Shown here in pieces: positions 49,521-61,652 of a DNA stretch of 64,000 nt (position 1 is its first letter; the number at the start of each line of letters is the position of its first letter). The notes under the pieces are model-generated. The model saw nothing but the letters and a program-made list of their open reading frames with translations. It did not search any database and was not told the DNA's origin. A program made the translations under genes and the position numbers. Source of the stretch: Octopus sinensis (lineage: Eukaryota). The DNA lies in contig NC_043019.1 in NCBI RefSeq assembly GCF_006345805.1, forward strand, positions 18,661,360-18,725,359. Direction: 5' to 3'.

Positions 49521-50452
49521 AAAAGAAAGGCATTTGTGACAGACCATGCCTTTTTTTACTGGGCTCAAATCTCATTTGACAGACATACATAATGGGTTTC
49601 TTTCAATTGCTATCTAACCAAATCTATTCACAATACTTTGGTCTTCTACAAGAAGACACCTGCCCAAAGTGCCATGCGTTGGCACCGAACCGAAGAGCAC
49701 AAGGTGAGCTTCTTGCTACTCAATTACAATTTCCACCTGGAGATCAATACTGAGCATTCATTATTTTTAACTCCTTTGAGATAAAAGAAAACTAAAGAGA
49801 AGAAAAAGTGGGGGTAATTCACAAGGGGAAGAAACAATACAAGCATGGAAGAAGATCACACACACACACACACACACACATTGATATAACATCACACACA
49901 AAAAGTCATATTTATATATTCAATCATCCAACAAATTAAAAGAAACAGACTTTATGCCAGTAGTGTACACTCTGTACACAAAATGTTAGAAATAGCAACC
50001 AAATATTCCTCAAATCAAGAAAGTCCCAAGAAAATTAAGAACACACAAAATAATGCAGTCTCAGTCAAAATTCAGTTTTCAAAGAAGCTGAGAATTTCTG
50101 ATAATGTTCTTTGGATCATGGTTAATCCAAGGCTTAGAAAAATGAAGTGTGTGTGTGTATGGTATTTGTTTCATCTCTGTTGCATTCTGGGTTCAAATCC
50201 CACTAAGGTCGGCATTGGCTTTCATTGTTTTCGGGGTCAGTAACAGTCCAGTACTGAGACTTCTACTTTTCTCTCTCGCATCCTCTTTTTTCTCTCAGCC
50301 CCGGAGTTAAATGACTATCAAATTTAAGGTACCCAAATTACATCAAAACAGCATCCCTGGAATTTTATAAGGAGTTCAGGACCTGAAGTAAGACAAACAT
50401 CAACAAATTAAAGAAGCTGGTTTATAATCCGTGTAGAAATGCTAATCCATAC

Positions 50453-50669
50453 CATTATTTCTAAGCAGTTCAGCAGCATCTTTGAAGAGTCTCTTCTTCT
50501 CCAGGAAATTCAGTTTATCTTCCAATGTGGTGAAATGAAGCAAGGCCACCTTCATTTTCTCAAAATCCTTATATTGGTAGTAAAGATTTGCAGCTTGCTG
50601 AGCGAGGTAGAATATATCTTTTGTTGGACGATTCTTTATGAAATCCTCAGGTGCAGAATCACCATATGA
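50453..50669 (-). CDS. TRANK1: TRANK1-like exon (SYGDSAPEDF...FKDAAELLRNN)
   Basis: gtttcag acceptor and gtatgg donor; phases 0/1. Confidence 0.87.
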
Positions 50670-51599
50670 CTGAAACAATAAACATATATATATGACTTGA
50701 AAGAAAAGCATACAAAAATAGAGAGATAGACTGATAGACAGCTTAGTTAGAAAGAAACTGGGAGAAGCCCACTGTATATATGCATGTGTGTACAGACACA
50801 CATCATACATATATGCAAATAATAGTGTTGCTGATGACAATGGGATTCTCCCAATTTCTATCTACCAAAGGCATTCACAAGGCTTTGCTTGGCCTGGGGC
50901 TACAGCTAAGACACCTGCCCAATATGGAAAGCAGTAGGACTGAACTCCAAATCACATGGTTGGGAAGCAAACTTGTTCACTACACAGCCACACCCGCGCT
51001 GATGTGTGTGTGTAGGGTTAAAAACTTTACTTCTCAGATCATGTGGTTCCAGGTTCAGTCCCACTGCAATACACGTTAGTTTGTGTCTTCTAAAGCCCAA
51101 GGTTGATCAAAACCTTGTGAGTGGATTTAGAAGATAGAAACTGAAAGAAGCCCATTGTGTGTGTGTGCAGATGTGTGCTTGTGTCTCCTTGACTTAGCAT
51201 GATGATAGTTATAAATGAATGTCCCTGTCATACAAGCAGAGTCCTCTATTTCCAGTATTCTGTGAAGACATGTCTAATCAAGGAGAAAGATCAGCTTCCT
51301 TGCAGGCGAGGGCTGACAATAGGAAGGCCATCCAGCCCATCCGGCCTCAATAAACTCCGTCCAACCCATTCAAGTATGGAAATGTGAACAATGATGATGA
51401 TGTACATATGAGACAGGTATAGAACGGATATTCAAAGGGTAGGGGAAGATATGGTGGGAAATTTGAGGGTATAGAATAGGAAGAGAGTTCATTCAAGGGC
51501 TGACTGTATGGTTCTACAGTTAACAACTCTTTTGTCAAGTGATCAATTCCCTCCAAATATGGCCCTCTGGCCCCGCCCATGTGTTACATCCCCTGCCAG

Positions 51600-54120
51600 T
51601 CATCTCCAGTTGTGCTCTACCAAAATGTTTCCTTGCTCATTCACTCTCAGAACAGGGGGGGGGCGATGGATTGACCCCTATCGCAGTTCCCGACCAGCTT
51701 TTGGTTGCTCCATCCAGTAACGTCAATCTTCCTGGTGAGATACAGGGTCCCCTATCCATGCCCATAGCATGCTGTCTCCTTAGTTTGGAGTCATTTCACA
51801 AATACACTGTGGCTATCCCTTGCTTCGATTCTTCTCGCTCCCCTAACCAAGATTTTTTCACCCTGGTTAGAACGTCTGCCTTGTTTCTCTCTGAAGGCAC
51901 AAAGACCATGTTCAGTTTCAGGCCAAACTTGCCAATCAGCTCTCCTAGAAACCCTAGGCAGCGCTTTGATAACATTTCCGCAGCCCCTTTGGTTCACACC
52001 TTCTTCTCTTCAGTGATCACCGATCCTACCCAGCCAAGCACAGTGGTCGAATCCGTCTGGATTTCAATGGAGCGCAGCCCCCATTTCAAGGCCAAATTCA
52101 CTCCCTTCAGCACTGCGTCCAACTCAGCGACATTGATGGGGTTGTAGTCATCTGCTTTTTGAAACCAGGCTGTGTCCTCTACTTTGGCACCTCCAATTTC
52201 CAACACAACTCCTATTGCAATACTGTTAGCATCACACCATACGGTCCCATTATCCAATTTGAGAACATGCCAGTTCCTTCTGACTGGGTCTTCCACTCTC
52301 ATCCTCTCTGGGATTTCCCACATCATCACCACTGTACCTTCTCTCATCTTGTCACCCCAGTTCTCCCCTTCTGCTCATCTCTTGGTGTAACTGCAGCCAC
52401 CTCGTGATTGAGTAGTGACCTACTAGTTTCCCACACATCAAGAACAGTTCTCTTCTGCTGACATTGGTACCCAGTTCCGGGATCTCATTCCCCCATTCGA
52501 AACACCAATACACCTGTTCTGTCTCTTTGAAGCTTAATCCCCAGTGCAGCTCCTCCAGCCATTGGCTCCAGTGGCTTCGCAATCAGCCCAAATTCCTTCA
52601 GATGTCTCACAATTTCTGTGGCAGGCACTACAGTTTTTTCCACTAAGATGTCATCTATATAGGAGTTGGTAGCCCTTCTTATCCTATCCACTTTTCCCTG
52701 TATCGCACCAGCTGGTACTGCCACAGTTTGTCACTCACGTAGAGCTGTAAATATGCTGACTTCAAGTCAACAATCGTTGCTGCCTTAGTTGAGGTCTCCA
52801 TATGCGCAGCGTCTCACTGCAAATGTCAGTTGCCTCACCACCTCTGTGGCACGATACATGGCCATTCCTCTCCCGAAAGTCCAGTACTGGTGTGACTTTG
52901 CCCTTTGCTGGTTGCACCACTGCCATTAGTGGTAGCACTCCGCACACCACCTCCTCCTCCTCCTTCAATGGAATAGGGACACCTTCCTTAATCCACCTCT
53001 TCTTCAAACTTGCTCCTGGTATGGCCTTTCAGGTAGCATCTCATTCTGTTCTTCAGCATCGGGGGCTCTTCTTTCCAGTGCCACTCTATTGTCCACTGCT
53101 GACCATCGAATGCTGCCTGAAAATCCTTGTCTTCAATGGTGCAGGCAGTGCAGTCCCTCACAGAGGTCTGCTCCCTCTCACATTCTTGACTCACAGTGCA
53201 TGATGAACCCATGGCACCAAACAAAACAATGTCCCCTCCAGCACTGACATCTCCAAAGCGGTCAATTGCGTCCATTCCCATTACCACATCAATCCCGTCT
53301 ACCACATGGTGATCACGATCGCCCGCAGCCTTAGCATTGTGCCTTGCACCACTATCTCCATGTCGCTGCTACCCTTGCATTTGATTTCGCTGCTGTCAAC
53401 CACTCGAACACCTACACATCCCCTTCCATTTCTTTGTCACCATAGGGGTCACACGAGATGTCGTACAAGGGCCTTGAACATGTTTCCGTTTCCCCCAACC
53501 ATGACCTCGACTACGGGCAGTGACTGCACAAGTGCCTCTACTCGTTCATAGGCAGATGGGGGGGGGGGTGAGAGGCAGCAACTTCTCTGAGGCCTTTTCC
53601 CTGGTCCGGGCTCCACACAGCCCTGGCACTTCAAACACAAGCCTGTGGTGAACGGCTGCTCTTGTTCCACAGCAGGTTTCTTTTTGTCCTTCACTGGCTG
53701 TCATGCAGCATCCTGGGCTTTTGCAACCTTCTGCCTGGTGTTTTGTGCCAACATGTGGGCTTGTTATAGCTGTGCTGACATGTCATTGCGAAAGCCATTC
53801 ACAAAACCCAGTTGTGTTACCTTCTCCAGACCCTCTCCAGTGAGACCGGACAGCACAGCCAGCCAGTCTCCGGACCTCTGCAGCATATTCATCAACCTGT
53901 TCTCCTGTCCATCTGACCGTTCCCAGCTTATCCAAAGCAGTCTACTCTCCCTCTCAAGGGCTGCACGATCTTTGACACGCTCAGTTATTCTTCTTCATTC
54001 ATTTAGAGGCAGAGTGCCAGTGTGCTCCCCTCCAAATACAGTGCCATGAGGCTTGCTACAAACTTGACTATAGAAAGGTCCGATGATATCATTGCCGATC
54101 CTTATTTTCGCTGCCATCAT
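51600..54120 (-). mobile_element. Degenerate Ty3/Gypsy-type LTR retrotransposon internal region (gag-PR-RT-RH-partial IN)
   Basis: Fragments in Gypsy order on the minus strand: gag start near 54120, protease (DVVMGMD), RT (PLMAVVQ..PVLDFRE, YIDDILV), RNase H (CDANSIAIG, INVAELDAV, IQTDST) and an HHCC-like integrase start. Many frameshifts. Confidence 0.85.
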
Positions 54121-54344
54121 ATGTTAGGGGACAATGATGTCTGTATATGATCGCCGAAATAGCTTGTCCTGCATGGGGAATGAAAAGAGGTTCACTCACC
54201 TTCCTCTCATCGACTGCCTGTCTAGCAGTAATCTCCCCGACAATCCTGCCCTTCCCCTGTCACCCAGTATAAGCAGCTGGTATCTGAACAACTCAGGAGT
54301 GGATTTCCTAATGTCCATTCATGATGCAAAAAGGGGCTGACGCT

Positions 54345-54720
54345 TGCCTCTCTCTCCTCTTGTGCTTCCTCTTCTGATTAATCCCTTGACCACTGACATC
54401 ATGACCCTCTTCTTCCGGCTCATCCCCACAAATACCCATTCTGTCTCATTATACTTTAATAAGGAGCAACCAGGAAATCATGCCCTCTCGTTTCTTTCTA
54501 GTTTCCACAGATCCTCTGCATTTAAGACCCACATCTTGTTGCCATAGAGCAGTGCACTGTGCACTGTGCACTCTGCTCTTGACTTTGAGGGAGAAGCTCT
54601 TTGTTGCTAGTAGAGGTAATAGCTTTCTGAACTTTCTCCGACATGTTCTTATTCTAACTATTACCCCTTCAAAGCTAATCACATCACTGAGGTAACAAAT
54701 GTTATCAATCATTTCTAGTG
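54345..54720 (-). pseudogene. RTE-clade RT fragment
   Basis: ORF 54449..54712, CYLSDVIS..RIRTCRRKFRKLLPLLATKSFSLKVKSR, is homologous to 40954..41526. Confidence 0.7.
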
Positions 54721-54995
54721 AACCATCGGGGCCTTTGAAAGGATCTATTTCTCAAACACTCTTAGTGCTCATTTCCCTTGTGCATCTGCTGGATATGAAA
54801 AAACCTACTTTCTCTCTTAACCTGCCTGTAACCCCAACATGACCTTGTGTGTTCTTTGTTAACATGTGAAACACTTTATGGAATTTCTACCGATTCTTTT
54901 TCTGCATACAGAGCACAGCTTTATCCCTGATGTTAAAACAGTCCCGTCTTCCTGGCTAATTATAACGACTTTTTATTTCATTAAGTACACTTTAA

Positions 54996-55356
54996 CCCTT
55001 TAATATTCACATCATTCTGTGAAATGTAATCATGGATTATTTATTCACATTGTTTTGAATTAATCATGGATTATCTATTCACATTGTTTTGAATTAATCA
55101 TGGATTATCTATTCACATTGTTTTGAATTAATCATGGATTATCTATTCACATTGTTTTGAATTAATCATGGATTATCTATTCACATTGTTTTGAATTAAT
55201 CATGGATTATCTTGTACCTTTGAGATTTCAATGGTATATTTGTATACTTTTAGAATGACATTGTAGGGTATGCATAAGAGGCTGGATCTGCTCAGTTTTA
55301 ACATCTGAACAGGTACAATATTTGGGTCAAATATGGCTGAACTGAATGCTAAAGAT
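54996..55356 (+). mobile_element. piggyBac-type MITE expanded by an internal 34-bp tandem array
   Basis: TTAA at 54992-54995 and 55357-55360; same family as 8992-9213. Confidence 0.72.
55027..55212. repeat. 34-bp tandem repeat, 5 full copies plus a 16-bp partial (TAATCATGGATTATCTATTCACATTGTTTTGAAT)
   Basis: Unit starts at 55027, 55061, 55095, 55129, 55163 and 55197. Confidence 0.95.
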
Positions 55357-55942
55357 TTAAGGCCCTTCAATTCTAGGTTTTACTTCCATGCCTGGAATTT
55401 CTACTTCAGATTTTACTATAAGAGTTAAGCCATCAGCATAGAGGAACATCGAAGGGAACTGGTCTTAAAATTCATCTGTTGTGGCTTGCAGGAGCACAAT
55501 AAACAAGCTCTAATCGACTTCTACCTCTACACTACATTCATCACTGAACTCATTGCTGACTTTGTACTTGCCTTGTAACACTCTCACGAGTCATTCATCT
55601 ACTCTGAGTTTCAATTAGAGACCATCAGATTACAGTATCAGGGATTTTGTCAAAAATTGTCTCTAGATCAATAAATAATAGATCATAGAGGTTTAATCTC
55701 AGATATGCACTTCTTTCATAGCTGTCTCACTAGAAATATGGCATTAGTGGTACCACTTTCTAGAACAAAGCCCAACTGCACCCTATTCAAGAAAATACTA
55801 TCCCTAATCAGTTTTGTAATAATATTTCTCTGTAACCTTCATGACCTGGTCCAACATTTTGATACCTTCTGTAGTTTCCTCTCTCTTGCCCTTCTAGCAG
55901 TTTACAATGATACTACAGCACCAGCCATTATCAATGAAACAT

Positions 55943-55982
<40 letters not shown>

Positions 55983-56436
55983 TATATATATACATATATA
56001 TATATAGTTTTGTATAGAAAGAAATTGCTCTTTCTAAGGACATCTTACATCACAAGTGTCCACTGGTTTATCTCTATATCGATTAATTTATAGATATTTT
56101 CATCCATTCAATACATGAGAACAAAATTTTAGTAATATAAAGAGATTTTTATCTTCTAAATTCATAATGTAATTTTTAATTATAAAATATAAATGACGGT
56201 AGATATTGAAACGTATGTAGGCATTATGAAATTGACTATTATGTAAATAAATTGATTGTGCTGTGCTCAAACTCCATTTTCTTTATACCACATATATCTA
56301 TCTGTTTCTGAAGATTTTGCCTAAAGTCATTTTAGTTCACAGTTCACAGTTTGTGTAAAAAAAGATGCAAATTTATTTTAAAACTTATACAAACACAAAG
56401 ACACACTGAATATCAAAAATAAATTATATATCCAAC

Positions 56437-56601
56437 CTGTTCAAGACTTTTGTATTCTTGAATTAATTCAATGGCATGGCCATACTGTTTGGCATCATGG
56501 AGCACATCAACTGCTTTACCATAGAATGAGATCTTCAGGTAACACTGCACAGCTTCCTCATACATCTTTGCATTCTTAAAATTCACTGCAGCTTCATTGT
56601 A
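56437..56601 (-). CDS. TRANK1: TRANK1-like exon (YNEAAVNFKNAKMYEEAVQCYLK...YKSLEQ)
   Basis: ctcttag acceptor and gttgga donor; 55 stop-free codons with a TPR-like pattern. Too short for the supplied ORF track, so translated by hand. Confidence 0.85.
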
Positions 56602-56878
56602 CTAAGAGTAATTTTTTAAGAAAAAGGAAAAATGAAAATTCAAAGCAGAAAAGCCATTTTGCAAGAGGAGATAATTACATCAACCACACCCATCCCAAGT
56701 GTTTCACTGGTTCTTTATTTTATTGACCCAGAAAGGATGAAGGGCAAAGTCAACTTCAGTGGAATTTGAGCGCTGGACGTAACAATGGGTGAAATACGAC
56801 TAAGCATTTCATCCAGCATGCTAACGATTCTGCCACCTTAGAAATAATGATAATGATAAAGATAATAGTAATAATAAT

Positions 56879-57980
56879 GCATGGTGCCCTCCACCCTAAG
56901 GCAAATGTACATAGGCTCTACATGAAGAGAGGTAAGGGTGGATGTGGGCTGATTGGCATACGGGAGTGCATGAACACTGGAGGAAGAAACATGGCAGAAT
57001 ATTTGGTAAACAGCAAAAGAAGACCTGCTACAGTATGCTGCTAGTGCAAAAGGAGTAAAGAAAAATGGACTTGAGAGTGCTTGTGAATTCCAAACAAGAA
57101 CAGCCAATGAGAGAGAAGAAACCCTACTCCATATGGAATTACATGGTCAGTTCCACTGTGAAACCAACAAATTAAAGGACCAGGGACCATCATGGAGGTG
57201 GCCCAACATGGGTGACCTAAACAAGAATACTGAAAGCCTAATCCTTGTGGCCCAGGACCAGGCACTGAATACCAGCTCAGTGAAAAAGAATATATACCAC
57301 TCAAGTGCCATTGGACCTCTGCAGCATGTGTGGGGAGAGGGTCGAAAGTGTGACTCACATTGTTAGTGCTTGTGAAAGTCTGGCACAGAAAGAGTACAAG
57401 CGTAGACATGATAAAGTAGCCCAAAACCTCCACTGGCTACTTTGCTGTAAGTATGCATATGAGGTTATGGGTGCTTGGTACCAAGATACACCGGAAAAAG
57501 TAATGGACGGAAAGGGGAAGGCAAAAATCCCCAGGGACTTTGATTTCCAGACAAAGTGTTAGAGCACCAAAGGCTGAATATAGTAACCTTTAGGAGGGAC
57601 AAACGAAAGAGCCTAATAATTGATGTGGCTGTGCCAGGAGATCGACATATCATCATGAAAGAAAGAGAAAAAGTTGATAAATATGGAGAGCTGAGAATTG
57701 AGATTGCTAAGATGTGGCAGCTACGAGAGTCAGATGTAAAGGTTGTCCCTACTGTCATCGGAGCACTGGGTTCAATTCCACCCAATCTGAAGAAAAAACA
57801 TCTGGAAACCTTAGAGATACCCTACAATCTAGGTGTATTGCAACTGTTGGCATTACTTGGAATTGCATGCATATTGCATAAAGTAGTGTCTGTCTGAGGT
57901 CCTTTTTGTGACTTGACAAACAGTGCAAACACGCAGCAGACACAACCTCATGATATTGTATACTGTGCAATGTCATCAAC
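56879..57980 (+). mobile_element. 5'-truncated R4/Dong-clade non-LTR retrotransposon with a restriction-like endonuclease
   Basis: HGALHPKANVHRLY..GGCGL, ELHGQF, TESLILVAQDQAL, CCHC knuckle CSMC..ESVTHIVSAC..RHDKV and endonuclease IIDVAVPGD..EKVDKY..VIGALG; (AAT)-rich runs on both sides. Confidence 0.88.
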
Positions 57981-58990
57981 AACAACAATAACAATAACAA
58001 TAACAATAACAATAATAATAATAATAATAATGGTTTGAAATTTTGGCAGAAGGACAGAAGTTTTTTCGGAAGTCAATTACATCAATATCAGTGCTTTTTT
58101 TCTCAGCAGAATTTGAACTCAGAATGTAGAGATGGACAAAATGCTTAACAGCATTTCGTCTGGTGTGCTAATGATTCTTCCAGTTTGCCACCTTAATCAT
58201 CATCATCATCATCATCACTATTCAATGTCCCTTTTTCCTGGCTGATATGGGTTGGATGGTTTGGCAAGAACATATGAACCAGAGGCCTGTGCCAGGTCCA
58301 ATGTTTGCTTTAACATGGTTTCTACAGCTGGATGCCCTCCCTAATGCCAACAACACTAGAGAGTGTACTGGGTGCTATTTATGTGTCAGCAGCACCAGTT
58401 AGGGGGCCAGGTCCCTGCAAGTGAAGTCCCTACTCAACTGAGCTGGGTATAGAGTGGAAAAATAAGAAACTATGATAAAGAGAGAGGAACAAGTGTCTTG
58501 CTGAAGAGGTGAATACATGGCTTGTCCACCTGGAAAGTGAGAGAGAGAAAGAAAGAGATGTGAGGCCCAGGTTCAATGTAAATATGAGAGAGAACAGGAA
58601 GAGCACTGAGTGAAAATTATGTGATAATAATAATGCCCTGGCTACCCACGAAGCCTGCCCGTGATTCCACCATTTCATAGCATCAGTTGTTTACTTCCTG
58701 TGCTTTGGGCAATTCCTAGTTCCATCTAGTTTGTGTCAACATAGAAAATGTAAAATGATGAAGTTCTCATCCCACCAAATATTATGAAGAAATGATTATC
58801 TCCCTTGTACTAAACGTCCTCCAGGGGACTCCAAACATCATCATTTAATGTTTGCATTCCATGCTGAGAGGCCCAGGGACTGCACAGTATTCCAGGGTCT
58901 TCCTAACGCTGCAATAATTATGCACCAACCCAATATATATATATATATACAAATAAATGAAAGAATGGAGTTGAACGACGATTTAAACAA

Positions 58991-59093
58991 AATTCCTTTA
59001 TTCTCGACATATGTTTCGAAGGCTGCATATTCCTAATTTCGAAGGAATAAGGGGTGCATTATGCCGCCTTCTCATCAGGAAAAACAAGGAACT
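58991..59093 (-). ncRNA. Type I hammerhead ribozyme motif, sense to the TRANK1 pre-mRNA, predicted cleavage between 59006 and 59005
   Basis: Reverse-complement copy of 59546-59648 with one substitution in distal stem II; core CUGAUGA at 59078-59072, GAAA and GUC are intact. Confidence 0.8.
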
Positions 59094-59545
59094 TATGTCA
59101 GCATCAAGATGAACAAAAACTCTTAGATAACTGCCCACACGGAGTCCATAGCGATAATGAGTGTTTCTTTAAAATATTCCGTTATAAGCAGTGGCGTCAA
59201 CCAAATCTACCAACCGCATCTACTCAATCACATACACAATCATGCACACACATACACACACATAGACACGAATGCAGTTATATACATACACACACATAGG
59301 CACTCAATCACAAAAGCAAACAACAATACATCACCATTCATATGACTTGCACCCTGTCACCTTCCTATTCTTAGATCTCTCCCCTCCAACCTTGTTTGAA
59401 CCCTTGAACTTTTTAGAATCTTCTACATTCAACCATTTTTGATGTCACTGCTTATAACAGAATATTTTAAAGAAACACTCATTATCGCTATGGACTCCGT
59501 GTGGGCAGTTATCTAAGAGTTTTTGTTCTTCTTGATGCTGACATA

Positions 59546-59648
59546 AGTTCCTTGTTTTTCCTGATGAGAAGGCGGCATAATGCACCCCTTATTCCTTCGA
59601 AATTAGGATTATGCAGCCTTCGAAACATATGTCGAGAATAAAGGAATT
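59546..59648 (+). ncRNA. Type I hammerhead ribozyme motif (minimal stem III), predicted cleavage after GUC at 59633
   Basis: Stem I 59546-59560/59634-59648 (13 of 15 pairs); CUGAUGA 59561-59567; stem II 59568-59581/59608-59621 (13 of 14 pairs, G10.1-C11.1); GAAA 59622-59625; C-AUAU-G then UC. Confidence 0.82.
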
Positions 59649-59869
59649 TTGTAAAAATCGTTGTTCAACTCCATTCTTTCATTTATTTGTATTAAAAAAA
59701 CACAAATTTCCACACGAAAGCACGTGATCTCTGCCCTTGGCATGTAGCTTCAACCGTGTTTTTCTGACGTGAATTTGCTACCCAGGTATCGGTTAACCGA
59801 ATTATCCATACTAAGATAATTCATTCAACTACTTATATATATATATATATATATACACAAAACTCCACT

Positions 59870-60330
59870 TGTGAAGACCCGTTGAGGCAAGTGAAAATCA
59901 AAAATCAAAATCAAAATCAAATTCAAACCAAATCAAATCAGATATCAGAAAGCAGAACCAAAATCGAAGCCGATCAACATCAATGGAAATTGCAGCTGTG
60001 ATACCAGTGCCGGTGACAAGTAAGCGAACCATCCGATCGTGGCCATTGCCAGCGCCGCCCCGACTGGCCTCTGTGCCGGCGGCACATAAAAGCACCATCC
60101 GACCGTGGCCGTCTGCCAGCTCTGTTTGGCACCTGTGCAGGTGGCACGTAAAAAGCGCCCACTACACTCACGGAGTGGTTGGCGTTAGGAAGGGCATCCA
60201 ACCATAGAAATACTGTCAGATCAGACTGGGCCTGAAGCAGCCTTCTGGCTTCACAGACCCCAGTTGAACCGTCCAACCCATGCTAGCATGGAAAGCGGAC
60301 GTTAAATGATGATGATGATGATGATGATAT
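59870..60330 (-). mobile_element. (CAT)n-headed interspersed repeat family C, representative copy
   Basis: Core ttccatgctagcatgggttggacgg...ctggatgcccttcctaacgccaacc recurs near 7580-7800(-), 18180-18390, 40230-40680, 47335-47560 and 58198-58420. Confidence 0.7.
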
Positions 60331-61594
60331 AGGTATATATTGAGAGAGAGAGAGAGAGAGAGAGAGAAAGCATTGAATCCCTAACTACTTAATTCATCCC
60401 ATCATTCTTCTACTGTTTCTCTCTGTCTCTTTTACATTAACCCCTGGTACTACTCTTCCCCTTCCTCTTTCCCCTCTCTGGTTCATTACTTTGGCTAATA
60501 AATCCCTCCTACCATAATTTAACTGTAACCTCTCTCTACCCCATGTATAACGTCATCTCTCTCTTTCCTGTTTCAGTTGTGGGAGCTCTTTAACCTTAAG
60601 AATTACAAGGCAACCTTACTCACATAGGTGTCACACAAAACACACCAAGTAAACTCTGTAAAGGGGTTCGGTGAACTGAGCACTCTTTCATCTTACTGGG
60701 AACAAGGCGTCTTCTACTGTGCTGGTGCCATGAAAAAACCGTACCCAGTCTACATTCTGTAATGTGTAAGAAGGGCTTCCAGCCAAAGAAACCATGCCGA
60801 AACAGAAACACTGGAACAGAATGCAGCTCCCTTGCCTGTTGGACCCTGTTGAGCCAGTTACCCCATGCTGACATGGAAAGCAAACACAAAATGATGACAG
60901 CAGCAGTGACAGTGTGTGTGTCCGTGTGTCCATGTGTGTGTATTTTTTATACATTATAATACACTAGCGTCTTCCAGATGGGGAATGTTTTTCAGCTTAA
61001 GTTTCATCTTACTTTTAATATACAAGTTGAAAAATAAACATCAGCTGGTAATAATGGAATTGTGGATGGCAGACGCATGAGCTGTGACGTTTGTTTTGAC
61101 AATGGTGAATAGAGAAATATACAAGGACAGAGAAAGAATGAGAGCAAAAGAGAAGATGAAGCAGAAATTCCTGCCAAGGTACACTCGGTCATTTTAAGTG
61201 GAATCTAATTACAAAAGAATGATTTTCAGTCAAAAGTTCAGAAATTTAAGCTTTTAATTAGCTAATGTAATTATTAAACTAAAACTTTACAAATAAAATG
61301 TTACAAGTGGATTGAAAACACCACAGGGAGCCAACCAGGTGTATGTATATATATATATATATATATGTATATATGATAAAACAAATGGTTTACACCTGGT
61401 AGCCAACTGTCTTTCATTTGTTATATATATATCTTTGGGGTTTGGGGATTTTTATTCATTTGGCAGCTTTCACCTTTGTCTTTAAGTGAAAATTTGTGGT
61501 TTGATCATTTTGACTGCTATATTTAGCATGCTGGTACTGCTTGTTAATACCCTTAATTATTAATTTATATATATATGTGTGTGTGTATACGTAT

Positions 61595-61652
<58 letters not shown>

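Larger units (their letters stand above)
58947..59692. mobile_element. Penelope-like pseudo-LTR remnant: 254-bp inverted repeat with a 238-bp spacer
   Basis: Arms 58947-59200 and 59439-59692 differ at 8 positions by manual comparison; each carries a hammerhead motif; (TA)n left flank. No RT or GIY-YIG ORF is seen, so the PLE origin is inferred. Confidence 0.7.

Noticed and set aside
55027-55212. 34-bp array as a CRISPR array
   Set aside because: The units are contiguous with no unique spacers, lie inside a eukaryotic MITE, and there are no cas genes.
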